This document shows, piece after piece, positions 1 through 12,500 of a DNA stretch of 64,000 nucleotides; the first letter of the stretch is position 1; each line of letters starts with the position of its first letter. Source of the stretch: Phoronis australis (Eukaryota; Animalia; Phoronida); assembly GCA_002633005.1 (NCBI GenBank), contig NMRA01000101.1:372001-436000 (forward strand). Direction: 5' to 3'. The position numbers were made by a program, and so were the translations under genes. The notes beneath the pieces are model-generated. The model was not told the DNA's origin. It saw nothing but the letters and a program-made list of their open reading frames with translations, and searched no databases.

Positions 1-902
1 CTAACTAGTCTAGCCAAGTAATTTCCAAACTTACACCTAAATAAATTAAAGATAATAAATTCTACATAGATGAAACTAACAATTTCTTATCCTCATTTTT
101 ATGTATTTTTTGTTATAATGCTCTTATATGATAAACAATTCATAGGTTATACGTCTGTCATTGTTTAGATAATCCATTGAGCAATTTAGCCCTACCCAAT
201 AATCGCGACGAGACTTTTGCCGTAATGTATGATGATCAATGACTGCACCAATCTCTTTCGTAACCTTCAGTTGATTCTCTACTCGTTACCCACTTCTGTT
301 TTATCACCGTTTCCACCAACTGAGCCATTTGGTATTATATGTGTTCACTCACAATAGGCAAATCAAATTCTAATTATGTACCAATCTCATATCTATAACC
401 TCTTTGATGATTTTGTGAGTTTGTTTATTTTGAATTTGTATTTCAGTGACGCCTTTTCTCTCACTGACGGTAAATTTTCTTTGAATATTGTACTTTTCAA
501 CATGGGGTGATTCGATTTGTAATGTACGGTTATTTTTTCTTGGTATACGAAAATAAGTCCTAGTGACTAAACAGTGATTACAATTTCGACTGTGTGAGAT
601 CATCAAGTTCACGAGAAACAAATTCCAGGCCAAGCGACCAATTGATGATATTCTTCGGCCACCACAGTCGTTTGAATTGCTCATTATGGTTTTTGGTGGA
701 AGATCCTACAGCCGTTGCCGTACGACGAGTACTCAACAGGCCCTTAGGAAAGCAAAAATTATTGGGGGTTGGGCGCACAAGCCATTTCGACGTCGCCAAA
801 CAACTCCCCCATCGTCACCATCTCAGACACCCCCCTCCCCCCGTGCTCCCGATGCCACTATATTTGTACCGAATCTCCCACGTCCGCCCTAAGTGGGGGG
901 CA

Positions 903-1047
903 CAGTGGCCGATATAAGGGTGCCAAGGGGCCATTGCCCTCCTAAAATTCTTCCAGTTGGCAGTTCGGGGGTGCTAATTTCAGACGGGTAAGACCCTGGC
1001 TAATACTCTGCCCTGACCCCCAACTCAAAATCCTGGATCCGCCCCTG
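903..1047. mobile_element. CAG...CTG MITE
   Basis: gggca|cagtggccgat ... cctggatccgcccctg|ggaca. Confidence 0.5.
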
Positions 1048-2369
1048 GGACAATCTCGGGGATGCAGCCATTAAGAGTTGAGTAACCGTGAATCAACACG
1101 GAGAGTAAGAATGGGCCTAGGACCATTACACTGACCGGTAGCGTGGAGCTACCTCAAGTAGCTACAGCTGAGATCTAAGAATGTGAACTAAAGCTAGTTG
1201 CTGGTCAGCTCAGCTATAATTCACTCGAGACAAACTTAATTTTATTATGGTCATTCTTTGAAGGAGTTTTTTGAAAAGGTGAAGCCCCGAAGTACTTGGT
1301 TTAGTGCCTTTGGGACTGTTTCAACATGTCTAGTTGAAACACGATAGGTAGTCCATTTTTGGTGGCTGGGGAAAAGGATAGGGTCTCAAAAATGTACACA
1401 CTTCCTGAACGCCTGGAGTTCAAACTCAGTTGCCTTGGATTTCATAATTAACCACCGGAAATAGTCCATTTGTGTAATTCACAAGTAGTGGTCTTCACGT
1501 TCTTCAAAATTCCACCCTTTCGATGGCGGTCAATCCTACTGTATTTCTTCACAGTTTTGTTGTTTGGGTCGAATGGCTGTGCTGTGCAAGAATTTTTTTT
1601 TTTTTGATGAATTTGGAATCTCAACTTCCCTCGTGAATACTTGGCAGTAAATAGAGGGACAAAGGGGCATTTCCCCCGAACTGTTGTCTCCGGAGGTGCC
1701 TCTGGAAAATATAGTTTTGCATTTGCGAAATTGACTTTTGTTACTGAATTTAAACATCCAGGAAATTAGTACGCAAAAGCTTCTATTTACAAATTTTCTC
1801 GATTTTTCGAAATATATGTGTGTGTTTAGACGATCTGTGCTGCAAAAGCGGAGACCCTAACGGCAATGTCCTGGCAAGAGTCCTCAAAAGGTAAACCATA
1901 CACTGATGCGGAGTTGTACCAGACAATGTTCTCTTGAATTTTCTCTCTTATCCGTATTTCGCAGTCTTTCTTTTCTCGACTGTCCCGCGCCCCACGCCAA
2001 TGTCGGTTGCCGCAGTTTAACCCTGACACCCACTAATAAAGTTTTTTTTGGGGGGGGGGCGTGCCCCCGGCCCCCTCGCTTCCTACGGCCCTGCTCATTA
2101 AAAGCGTAAGTCACGCTTGACCGTTAATCAGACTTTGACCTGAAAGGAGTTTTCAAATTTTCCTTCAACTCCGAGGGTTGTCGAGGATTACAAAGCATTA
2201 TTTCGTTTCAGAGAACTGGACGCCTGTCGTATTTAGAATAGGCTACTAGAGTTCTATGGTGTGCCCGAGGCCCTACTCAGAAAGCGCCATAGGCGGACAG
2301 AGTAAAAATACTGCTATGTTATGACTTATTATCCGCGCACAAACCCATTCTGGAAAACTGGGCACTGAA

Positions 2370-2580
2370 AAATGTCCACCTCCGAGAGAAACAAAAACTC
2401 CTACAAAAATTAGTAGAAAACGAGACAAAAGTCCACTAAAAGGCAGGAACTACAAAAATTTGGCGAATGCATTATTTAATGATAACTCTGTAGTGTACCC
2501 CGTGACGCTTAGTAGGGTAAAAGTCCACATTCTCCAATTCGAGCCCCCCATTTTAAATTAGGCTGGTGCCGCGCATGCTT
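2370..2580 (+). repeat. Dispersed repeat family copy (partner ~7390-7650)
   Basis: Shared gagacaaaagt..actaaa.ggcaggaactac.aaaatttgg and terminal ggctgg.gc.cgcatgctta. Confidence 0.7.
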
Positions 2581-2750
2581 AGCCCGTTTTTCACCGAAGT
2601 AATATAACCGACGACAGTAAGATCTCGAGCGTTCTTTTTTTCCGGCTACTAGAGCCGCTAGGGAGAGGCTGGCCACGACGTACTATCAGCTCGATTGCTC
2701 TCAACTGAGCAGCGACAGTGCCGGGAGAAGACAGTGCGACACCGGGCGTG

Positions 2751-2891
2751 CGTTCAGTAGACGCTAGGACCTACGCTAGGACCTAGCTAAAACCTAGTCA
2801 AAGTCACGTGTTCTTATTTACAATGCACGGCAATACCTCACGTAATCTCGCGAAGTCTTGCTTTTTAGCGAGGTCCTAGCGTCACTGAACG
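2751..2891. mobile_element. Short hairpin MITE immediately upstream of the ADCK5 ATG
   Basis: cgttcagtagacgctaggacct..agctaaaa / ttttagcgaggtcctagcgtcactgaacg inverted repeats (~29 bp). Confidence 0.6.
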
Positions 2892-2961
2892 GGAGGCGGG
2901 TACGTTGGCACCTGCCCAGGTTGCACAGCGTCATCTATTGGTAAGCATTGTTCGACAGAAG

Positions 2962-3063
2962 ATGGCGCTTCCTATGTGCCGGTCTTGTCAGCTAAAGCTG
3001 ATGAAATATTCACGAAATTACTTCCAGAATTCTCGTATTTATTCCGCAGAATTTAACAGGAAG
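2962..3063 (+). CDS. ADCK5: ADCK5 exon 1 (basic, mitochondrial-presequence-like N-terminus)
   Basis: aagATGG context; [34 protein letters not shown], donor AAG|GTAAAT, phase 0 matches exon 2. Confidence 0.75.
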
Positions 3064-6000
3064 GTAAATAATCTATTCAAGGATTCAGGAAATAGAATTC
3101 TTTGGATTTGATCAAGTTAGGTTCGAGATATTTACTTGTTTTAGAAAAGTGCTCACCGCAGGCGGGAGGGACTCGAGGCACTCAAGCCATGCCTGGGTTG
3201 GCGATATCACAGTGGTTGTTAATATGCATTATATTCCAATGTGAGCAGAAACCAGTTTACGCCGCTTTTACGGGCTTGGGTAAACGTAATCATTTGCTTT
3301 CCATCTATACTACAATATCCCGGAATTCTTATCGTAATCTCGCCGCCTTGTGTGACGCGCATGGGGTCATGCGGATCATTAGCTGATTCATCAGGCGTCA
3401 ACCTAACTGATACTGATAAGCCTTCAAATGTAGAGTCAGTTCTTTATTTACATCAGTTTTTGGCCATAATTAAAATACGGTACATTGGTGCACAAATGAA
3501 TAACATGCAGAGCTCAGTGACACTACACCTATGGTGATGACCTACTGTTGCCTGACCCTGCCATTCTTGTTGTACCCATTTCACTTCATGGATGTAACCT
3601 GACTCGTATGTCTACTCGTGATGTCTGTTTGCATCTTGAAGAGTCAATTCTGCTATCATATTACTTGAGCACTTGTTAAAAGGCATCTGTTGACCACCAT
3701 GTTGTCTTGAGGTCAAAGGCTCTAGTCTTTTTAGACAGGTTACCCATAATTTGCATATTTAAGACAAAACTGATTTAGGGAGATAGTTGCAGTTTTGGCA
3801 GTGTATTTATATCCAATCTATTATTCACAGGTAACTGTTACTATACATTTTGTTCAGTATGCTTTATTTGAACAATCTTATCATTGAACATTCCCATTAA
3901 AGGGTCATAACGACATACGCCTTCGGTGTCACAAGCGACTGTATTGCTTTGTCGATCGCCTTACGCTATACTAGCCACTCTTTAATTCGCTATTGCTTGA
4001 TCTTCGTTTGTTATCGCTCTTTGACTGTTAGGCCTATATTTGATTTCGAAGGAATGGTCACAAACGAAGTTAGGGTAGCAGCCAATCACAGGGTATAGCT
4101 AGTGTGTCACCTAGTGGCCGGGTTAAGAACCTTATGAAACTTTTGTTAGACAGCTAGAATGCAAGTAGTTGTCAGGGAGAGGTATACCATGTCATGTGTT
4201 AAAAGATCACTTGAGATAAAGCTCTTGTGAATTCACCCAGCAAAGGTCAGATGGTGCATCATGGTAGCCATCGCGTGTTGCCGCCTTATGCCTGATGACA
4301 ACGACAATAACAACAACAACAACAACAATAGGAGAGTAGTGCCAGAATTCTTTGCAAAATAAAGCTGACACGTTACTTAGGCATTCTGCTGGCCTGTTGC
4401 AACAGACACTGTTCATACATTTCAGTAAGTCTACTAGCCTGATTGAGGAGTTCTGTTCTAATCTTTTTGTTGTGGTAGTTCTCACTGAAACTGGTTTACT
4501 TCCAAAGCATTCTTTTCTAATGAGCACTTTGGTAAGTGAAGCGCAGACTGACATGGTAATGTGGTGTTTCGTCTGCCAGACAACACTTGGGTTAGCAGAA
4601 TTCTGTTGCTCCACCTGTTGCTTTCTAATGTTTCTGCAAGTTATATTGACCTGTTATCACCTACATTACCAACTGCAGTTGAGACCTGGTCAGACTCAAA
4701 AGCCAGATTGGGAGTTACCCACTCAGTGGCACTCACCACCTCTTTTGTTCTTCTATTGTCACTTTTGTTAGTCCAAGGTATTTCCTATCGTTTAAATGAC
4801 CAATCCCATATTCTTAAAACGCAGGAAGCATAAGAGACAGGTAATATTGGTTCAGGTCCTTGCAATTCAAGCTCTGAACCAAGTTTGACTAATTGATCAG
4901 CTGTCTCATTACCCTGGATACCAATGTGTCCAGTTACCCTGGATACCAATGTGTCTAGGAGTTCAGGTAACTGTGATGGTTATATTTACCTCAACTATTT
5001 AAGTTAGTGATACGTTGCTAAACTATATATGATTTCACTGCATTGTTTTTTAAGGCTTTGATCACTGTCTGGCTATCAGACAGGATAGCTACAGATTTAT
5101 TTTGTATTCCCATTTAAAGCAGTTCTGCAACTATAGGCTTCTGCTTGGAAAACAGAACTATGGTTTCAGAGATAAGGAGATTTTCAGTTGGTGGTATATC
5201 AGTCAGGTATTCAATAAAAAACCTGCACCATCTAGTTCACCGTCTGCTTTGATGGAGCTTATATCAAGATTCCATTCATATTGCACAGCACCATATCTAT
5301 TTGGAAAGACATTCAAAGTTTCTTTCAAATATCTTGGTGTTACTGACCTATCATTTGGCATGCACAGCAGTGGACTAGCACTGTTATACATATCAATACA
5401 ACTCTTTGTTTGCCATGACGTGTCCTTTGGCTTGGTAATCCAGCCTATTGAGAAGAATGACACCTATCTTGTCACCAGTTCACCATCACATTTACTCATG
5501 TTCAACCACAGTTTAACTGTGTTAATGCTTGGGTTTTCATGTTGATACCTGTTTTACAGGCCATTATCTCTCCATGGAATGTGAGAAGTTTGTCTGGGGT
5601 GCATCGAGCTGAGACGAAGCGCCCTTTCTGGAAGCGAAAGAGTTTATGGGTCTTGGCTGGAGCCAGCGTGGCCAGTGCTGTTGGCTTCGCAAGTCTTGAT
5701 GATGTTCAGGCACGCAAACTGAAAGTTCTCTTGGGAGGAGTGTCCAGGTTTTGGAGGTTTGTCCATTTGCAATACAATTTGTGCTTTAGTTTTAAGTCAA
5801 AAATACACCTTGAAAAACATAGTTTGGGACTCTGAATCTGTAGTTGCAAAAAGTGATTTGTTCATGAATTCATTATCTTTTGTTTGAGACTCAGATGGAC
5901 AGTTTTTGTTTAGCAAATGTCCATTATAGTTCCCATTCATGTACATTTTTAATGACAAAGTTTCAAATTTTTAAGACACTGAAAGATTTTTAGCAAACCC

Positions 6001-6560
6001 AGATGAAAGAATTTTTACAGTAAATACATTTTTGTACATGGGAACCCAATTTCATGATTTTAATGCCTGTTCATATTCATTGGTACATGTTGAACTTAGG
6101 TTTAATATTTGGTAAACACCAAACCACAGGGTTAGACGATGGACATAATCAAGTACAAATGCAAAAAATTTTAAATCACAACTTTTGGAACTTACTATAA
6201 TATAGTTTTGCTATCATTGCAGAATTGCTTGGCACCTTTTATGGGAGTGATGACTGACTGGTTCAAGCAAAATTGTGTTGCCCTTTACGGGTGTTATGCT
6301 TGTGAGAAACAATGGTTTTAGTGTGTGAGCCAATGGGACCTTGAGTGTTTATGTCTATATGAAGTCGACGCACACGAACCAATATTTACTAATCATCCGC
6401 TGGTCCACAAATTGGGTGCTATTTGTACTGCATTCCGACACACTGACTCATTTTGCACCACCGCTGAGACGGGTCAGTGTGAAGAAAGTATATATGACAG
6501 ACGTTACGATTAACTGTGGGTAACCTGTTTGAACTATTTACCGAGCCTCACACGCACGCA

Positions 6561-6592
<32 letters not shown>

Positions 6593-9500
6593 CACACACA
6601 TGACAATCATAAGGAGCTCAGAGAACATTTTCCACCACTTTTGCTTTCCTACATGTTAAAAATTAAAGATTTATGCAAAATTTTTAATGCAATAAGTACT
6701 GAAATAGTGCACATGCCTGTTGAGCTGCTCAAGAATAGTAAATACATCCCAAGGACAAACCTCAGGGTGGTGATGCCTCTGGTGTATCACATCTTGTGCA
6801 AGGGTGGTGATTGGTGATACTGAACAGCGGCTCAAAAAGCTTATGGTATAGCACTGTAGGGTTACCGGTAAGGGTTTAAACTCCATTTTGTTTATCACCT
6901 TAGTGACTCGGTACACTTGTTCAAGACAGCGCAAGTTTTTGGTTTGTGTGGGATGTCACAAAGGCTGTTTGCTTGAAAACCAAGACTATCTCTTTGAGTA
7001 GAGACAGAGGGCTCCCATTTAAATTGTCTGGTTGGTGACCATGTAGTTGATGTCTATAGACACCGGCAGAAGGCGATGCAATTTTCGTGTGAACCAGTCA
7101 GTTGTGAATCCTGAGTAGAAGCCAGGCGAGGCAAAGAAAATTGTATTATAGTTAGCTCAAGAACTTGTGATTTATAGATGGTTCTGATGCACAGTGTTAA
7201 CAGAGTGTCAAACTGTGTCTAGAATTGCATTGTTGTTGAGTTGGATACTTATTCTTGTTTTAAAACGACTCTTACAGATCACTGGTCATAGGTGTTTCTA
7301 TATCTGTAGATTACAAGTGGAGCCTTTGGAATATTGATGAGGTTGGTTGTTAAAAGCTAACACTTAAGTTTCTGTACATCACACCACAGCACGCGTGCAC
7401 CAAGGGGGGGCCTCGGGGGGCTCAAATGAGCCCTTCATTTGGCGAAGTAGGCAAAAAGGACTGCCTCAGAGAAACATAAATACAGAAAAAAGTAGAAAAT
7501 GAGACAAAAGTTTACTGAAATGGCAGGAACTACCAAAATTTGGTAAATGTGCAATTCATAGCCTTGAATGACCCCATGAATTGTAGCAAAAGGTCCACAT
7601 TTTCAAAAATCCAAGCCCCTCCATTTTTAGGCTGGATGCGCGCATGCTTAGGCAGTGGGTGGGCCTGGGTTGTCGTAAGGGGGTGGATGTCAACCAGTTT
7701 TTTGAAAGAAAACTTGCATAGACCATTTCTTGTGGTTGTGTCTATAGAGGAGAGGGAACACTTTGGGCCCTGTTTATGACAGTACGATGCTAAGAAAACG
7801 TGGAGCTCCTGAATCCGAAATCTGAGTTACATCAAATTTAAAGTTAATGTTGCCTAATTGTTTTGTATCGCAAGCATCCAATAGGCAGTGCTTGTTGTGC
7901 AACTTTCAACAGTACATAGCGAGCTGAGATTGGTACCTTTGGAGGAAATTTTGCCATTTTGAAAGTCACATATTAATTTCTTGGAAAATTGTTGTGATGT
8001 GCCCAAAGGATAATAATTAAGTTCAAGTAAATGTGCTCTTTCAGATATTTTCTCACTGCAGGTGATCAAAAAGGAAAATGCCAAAGAAAGGTTAAAAAGT
8101 ACGCTTGAAAACAGCAGTGATCAATTATGCTAGCGGTTCTGATGTTTTCGCTGAATGCAGAGATCATGAACTTATGACTCATAAGAAGATTCCAAATAAG
8201 GGCATTTCATCCAGTTTTAGTGGGACATCATGTATAACATCTGATGCTATAATTGGCTAGTAATGAATGGGGTTTGGAACGAATACGCAGTAACTTAATT
8301 TGATTAGAGACTGTAATCTGGTGTGCTAAATTATTTCACCCAGGAACTGTAAGCAGTTCAGTGCCAGTGCCTAAATATATTTGTCAACTAAAAAATTTTA
8401 GAACTTGGAGGTCATGTTTAGCAGGTTGAGCGATGAAAACTTGAAATCTCGTTTGGCGAGTGAAGTTTAACTGACATTACTGCCAGCAATTCGCATTTTG
8501 CAAGCTGGTACTTGCCAAATGTGGTGCTGCTCCAAAATATGATATATTGATTTGCATCATTGAGGAAAGTTTACAATGGCAAGATCAAAGTTCATTGTTC
8601 ACGTGTGCCCTTAAGACACACAAAACTGTTGAAGCCCTTCCAGGTTACCTCTAGATAGAAACGGAAGTTTTTCTCTTTCACTATGATGTTGTTGATGAAA
8701 ACTACAGTACCTGATCCATGCACTGGCCTCTGTTTGTTTTGGTGATTCTTGTCATGCGTTTTCCAGTTCTGTTTGGGATTTTGGGCACATGATTTTGCCA
8801 TTATGAACTGACAGTGAATGATGTAAATAATTTTAATGTAAGTAATAATGTTGGTGATAATATTAATTATGCCTGGGTAATGATGATGATAATACTAACG
8901 TGTCACTTATTTAGCCCACAACATGGCACAGAAGGAAACTTTTGTCAAATTTCTCAGCAAAATGGAATTTAAATTTCTGTCATTTTTTGTGGTTTAGTTT
9001 GTATGGTAAATGTTTGATTATTTAAAGCAAGGCAGCAAGCTTTTGAGAAACTGAAAGATCGATGTTTTGGGAAATTATTTTTATACACAATGAGTGAAAA
9101 ATTACTTTCAACATGAAAAGTGATTAGTAGCAGTGATAATTATCATTGTGGTTGTGTTAATATAGCTGCATATTAATTGTTATTAGTACGAGAACTGTAC
9201 ATTTTGTTTAAAAATTTTGTTATAATCAACATAGATTGCAAGCCTATGTAAAGAATTATCTGGTTTCTTTTTAGAATTCAGAAGAGTATGAGAAAGCCAT
9301 CCGTCCCTGTCATCAGCGGGCAGCCAACAGGATATTGAAGGGATGTCTAAAAAATGGCGGACTCTACATCAAACTAGGGCAAGGCTTGGTGTCTTTCAAT
9401 CACATACTGCCAAAGGAGTATCTCTCGACACTTGAGGTACTACAGGATCAAGTGTTGAAGAGAGGACCTCATGAGGTTAGTACACGCAAATTGGGCTGAA

Positions 9501-12500
9501 ATTCTATGGCAGTGGAGACTATAATTAGAGGCTCTTCTTTGTCATAGTGGTGAAGTTTATTGACTTGACTTCTGTCTCTGTTAGATCACATGGTAAGCTT
9601 CTCAGTTGTGCATAGTATCTCTCTATTCTCGTCAAGGTAGGTCCTGATCTTGAAGCTTAATCTTGATAAACCTGACCTCAGTTTTACTCAAATGAAGTGT
9701 GGATCCTAGGCTTGGATAGAACTGACAGTTTGTAATTACTTGAGACAATTGTCAGCAAGCAAAATAACCTGCTGTGACAAGCTGACCTGTTGAGCGTTGT
9801 TATAACCAATAACTAACTGGCAATTATTTCTGAGCCTACAAATCACATGTCATTGAGTAAGGGACTAGACAAGATCAACTGCATAACTGTAAGCCAAATT
9901 GAAGGTTAGTTTTTCGAGGCGGCTTTAACTAGTAAGAAAAAGTCTAGGACCTCAGCAACACATTCAATAAAACCAGTTGCCAATAATTATTAAGGGTGCA
10001 TTTGAATTGACATGGGCATGGATTTAAAAACTATTTGTAAATTGTTCAGTTTTCTATTCAGCATTGTATTAACAGTGGCATTATTATAATTATTACTATT
10101 ATTTTGTGAATAGTATGTTGTGTGTGCTAAAAGTAGACATTTTCCTTCAAATAAAGGAAGTGGAACAACATTACAACAGTGCACTGCTCTTGTATGTTTT
10201 TTTAAACAGTCTATTTAAGAGACTTTTGTTTGAATGGCGTGGTGTTTGTTTCAGATTGAACAGTTGTTCCTTGAAGATTTTGGCCAGTTACCCAATGAAG
10301 TCTTCCGTAGTTTCGACAATGAACCCATAGCTGCTGCTAGCCTTGCTCAAGTCCACAAAGCTGTCACTCACGAGGGAGAAAGGGTGGCCGTCAAGGTAAC
10401 AACACTCTCTGACCCCATTTACCTTCTCAAATGTCCTTTTCCTCATGTCTAAAATATGTTTCTGTTAGACTGAATCTATCATAATGGCAGACTTTTGGTA
10501 TTAGCGCAAATTGTAATAAAAGAAAGAAACCGACTTCCATTTGATCTCGACTCAGATTGGGTGCACAGATATTTCCCATTACATAGTGGTTTATTAAATT
10601 CAAAACAAAGAAATAAATCCCACTCTCAACCTCTTGCATTGTTTATTAATAATTAGTTTAAAAATAAGTTCACTGATTTATTTTAGCTTTTTGGTATCAG
10701 TTGCGATAAAATTTTCTCATTTCACCAGTTGCAGCCACTAAATGCTGTGCAGATTCTTCTTGGCATACCACTGCACATCAGTGAAAATTTGTTGGCATTA
10801 TGATAGCAGGGAAGGTATTAAAATGCTGTTTATACCAGTATGTTGGAATGCCTGTCCACTAAAGACCTGATAGTTGTCTGGCAAGATAGTGAATTTTGAT
10901 GTGGTGTGGCTATTTCGAAAACTGGCTATTGGCAGTGTTTTGATACATAATATATTATTTATGGAGAATTCAAACCGTAATAAGCATATTCACAAACTCA
11001 CCATTTTAATTGTCGTACAATAGCAATTTGTTTTCTTTGTTACTAACTGACCCTTGGCTATCTTGTTTTTGTTGATTGATACGACAATAAATGTTTCAAA
11101 TTATTGTAGGTGCAGTATATAGATCTCCAGGACAGGTTTAAAGGCGATATACACACAGTGGAACTACTGCTAAAGTTAATAGGTTGGGTTCATCCAAAAT
11201 TTAACTTTGCATGGGTGTTACAGGTATGTTCTAAATGAAGGCCTCTGACGTATCTTAGATTAATTAATTAAAACTACATTTTCCCTTGTTGATGGCGAAG
11301 CCAAAATTCAAACTAGGCCTTTTGTCCAAAAGAGTGCTCTCAAAAATTTCTTAATCGTGATATTGTGACTTATTCCTCTTGTTGCAAAGAATTCTTTTAC
11401 CACTTTATGGGAAAAATGCTTCAGAAACTCACCCAGGCCATTTATGGGTGAAAACACTTTATGGGTAAAATAATGCTCCAGAGAATGGTGGTAATAAATA
11501 GGTCTTTTAAGACTTAAAATTTCGTGATTAGGAAACTTTTGAGAGTCGTGCTCTAGATTTTGATTTAGCTAACAGTGTAAATGCAGTTCAAGACAAAAGA
11601 AATCATTTAAAACACCATTTCCCTGTCATGACGGGTAATTCTGTAAACAATAGAAATGACTGGTGATAACTATTAGGGCAGCGAAATTATAAATACTGAA
11701 TGTCTTAGTCACGTTATTAACTGTCCTGTTGATTCACCTTCATCCTATGTTATGAGGGAATGTCGGCGTGAGCAGGAATTACGAATCATTTTCTCTGAAT
11801 ACTTTTGGCTTGTGCTGTATATGCTTACCTTGTGTGTGCTTTTATTTGGTGTATTTTATGTCTGTAGGAATTAGGGTACATTGTGGACTAAAGAGTTGCA
11901 CCAAACAGTTTGGTTGAACATTTAGATCAAATAGTAGAGTCTCGGCATTCATATTCATTGAGTACAAATTGTGCAAGGTTGTCTACAGAAATATATGGAT
12001 TAAACTTGTTGCTTTTTATTCTGATAGAATAAATTTTTGTGATGTTTGAGAAATACTCAAACATTGCCAGTACTAAGGAAGCAGTGTCTCTTTTTCTTGA
12101 TAATGGCTGGCACACAATGGGGGGTGGGGGGGTTATGGCCCACTGATTTGGTTATTAATTAAGGAGGTCTTTGACTATCGCGTAAACATACAGTTGTTCT
12201 TTATGAGCTCTTCATAGTCTAGCAACGAGCATAGTAAAAAATATTCGAATCAATGTGTGATATTGAATATTGTTGGGAGGGACTAGAAGGTTGTTGAACT
12301 TGCAGAATTTTAAAGCCAAAAATCACAGATGCTTATCAGTAATCTACAACGTCAAAAAAAAACTTGCCACGGACCAGGTGCCAGTTTAGAATTGGTCTCA
12401 CTGTGTTTCTTATCACTAAAGTCATAAGTGAGATTGCGAAGCACTTCCAAAACATTATTGCTTAGGATTGTTAGCAGAAAGTTCTGTCAGTCACCATATG

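Noticed and set aside
1-2700. Possible divergent gene upstream of ADCK5
   Set aside because: Short ORFs lack motifs or a consistent exon chain; the region is dominated by repeat fragments.
4207-4833. Overlapping 90-139 aa ORFs in ADCK5 intron 1
   Set aside because: No recognisable domain or splice structure; possibly decayed retroelement sequence, but not supportable by eye.
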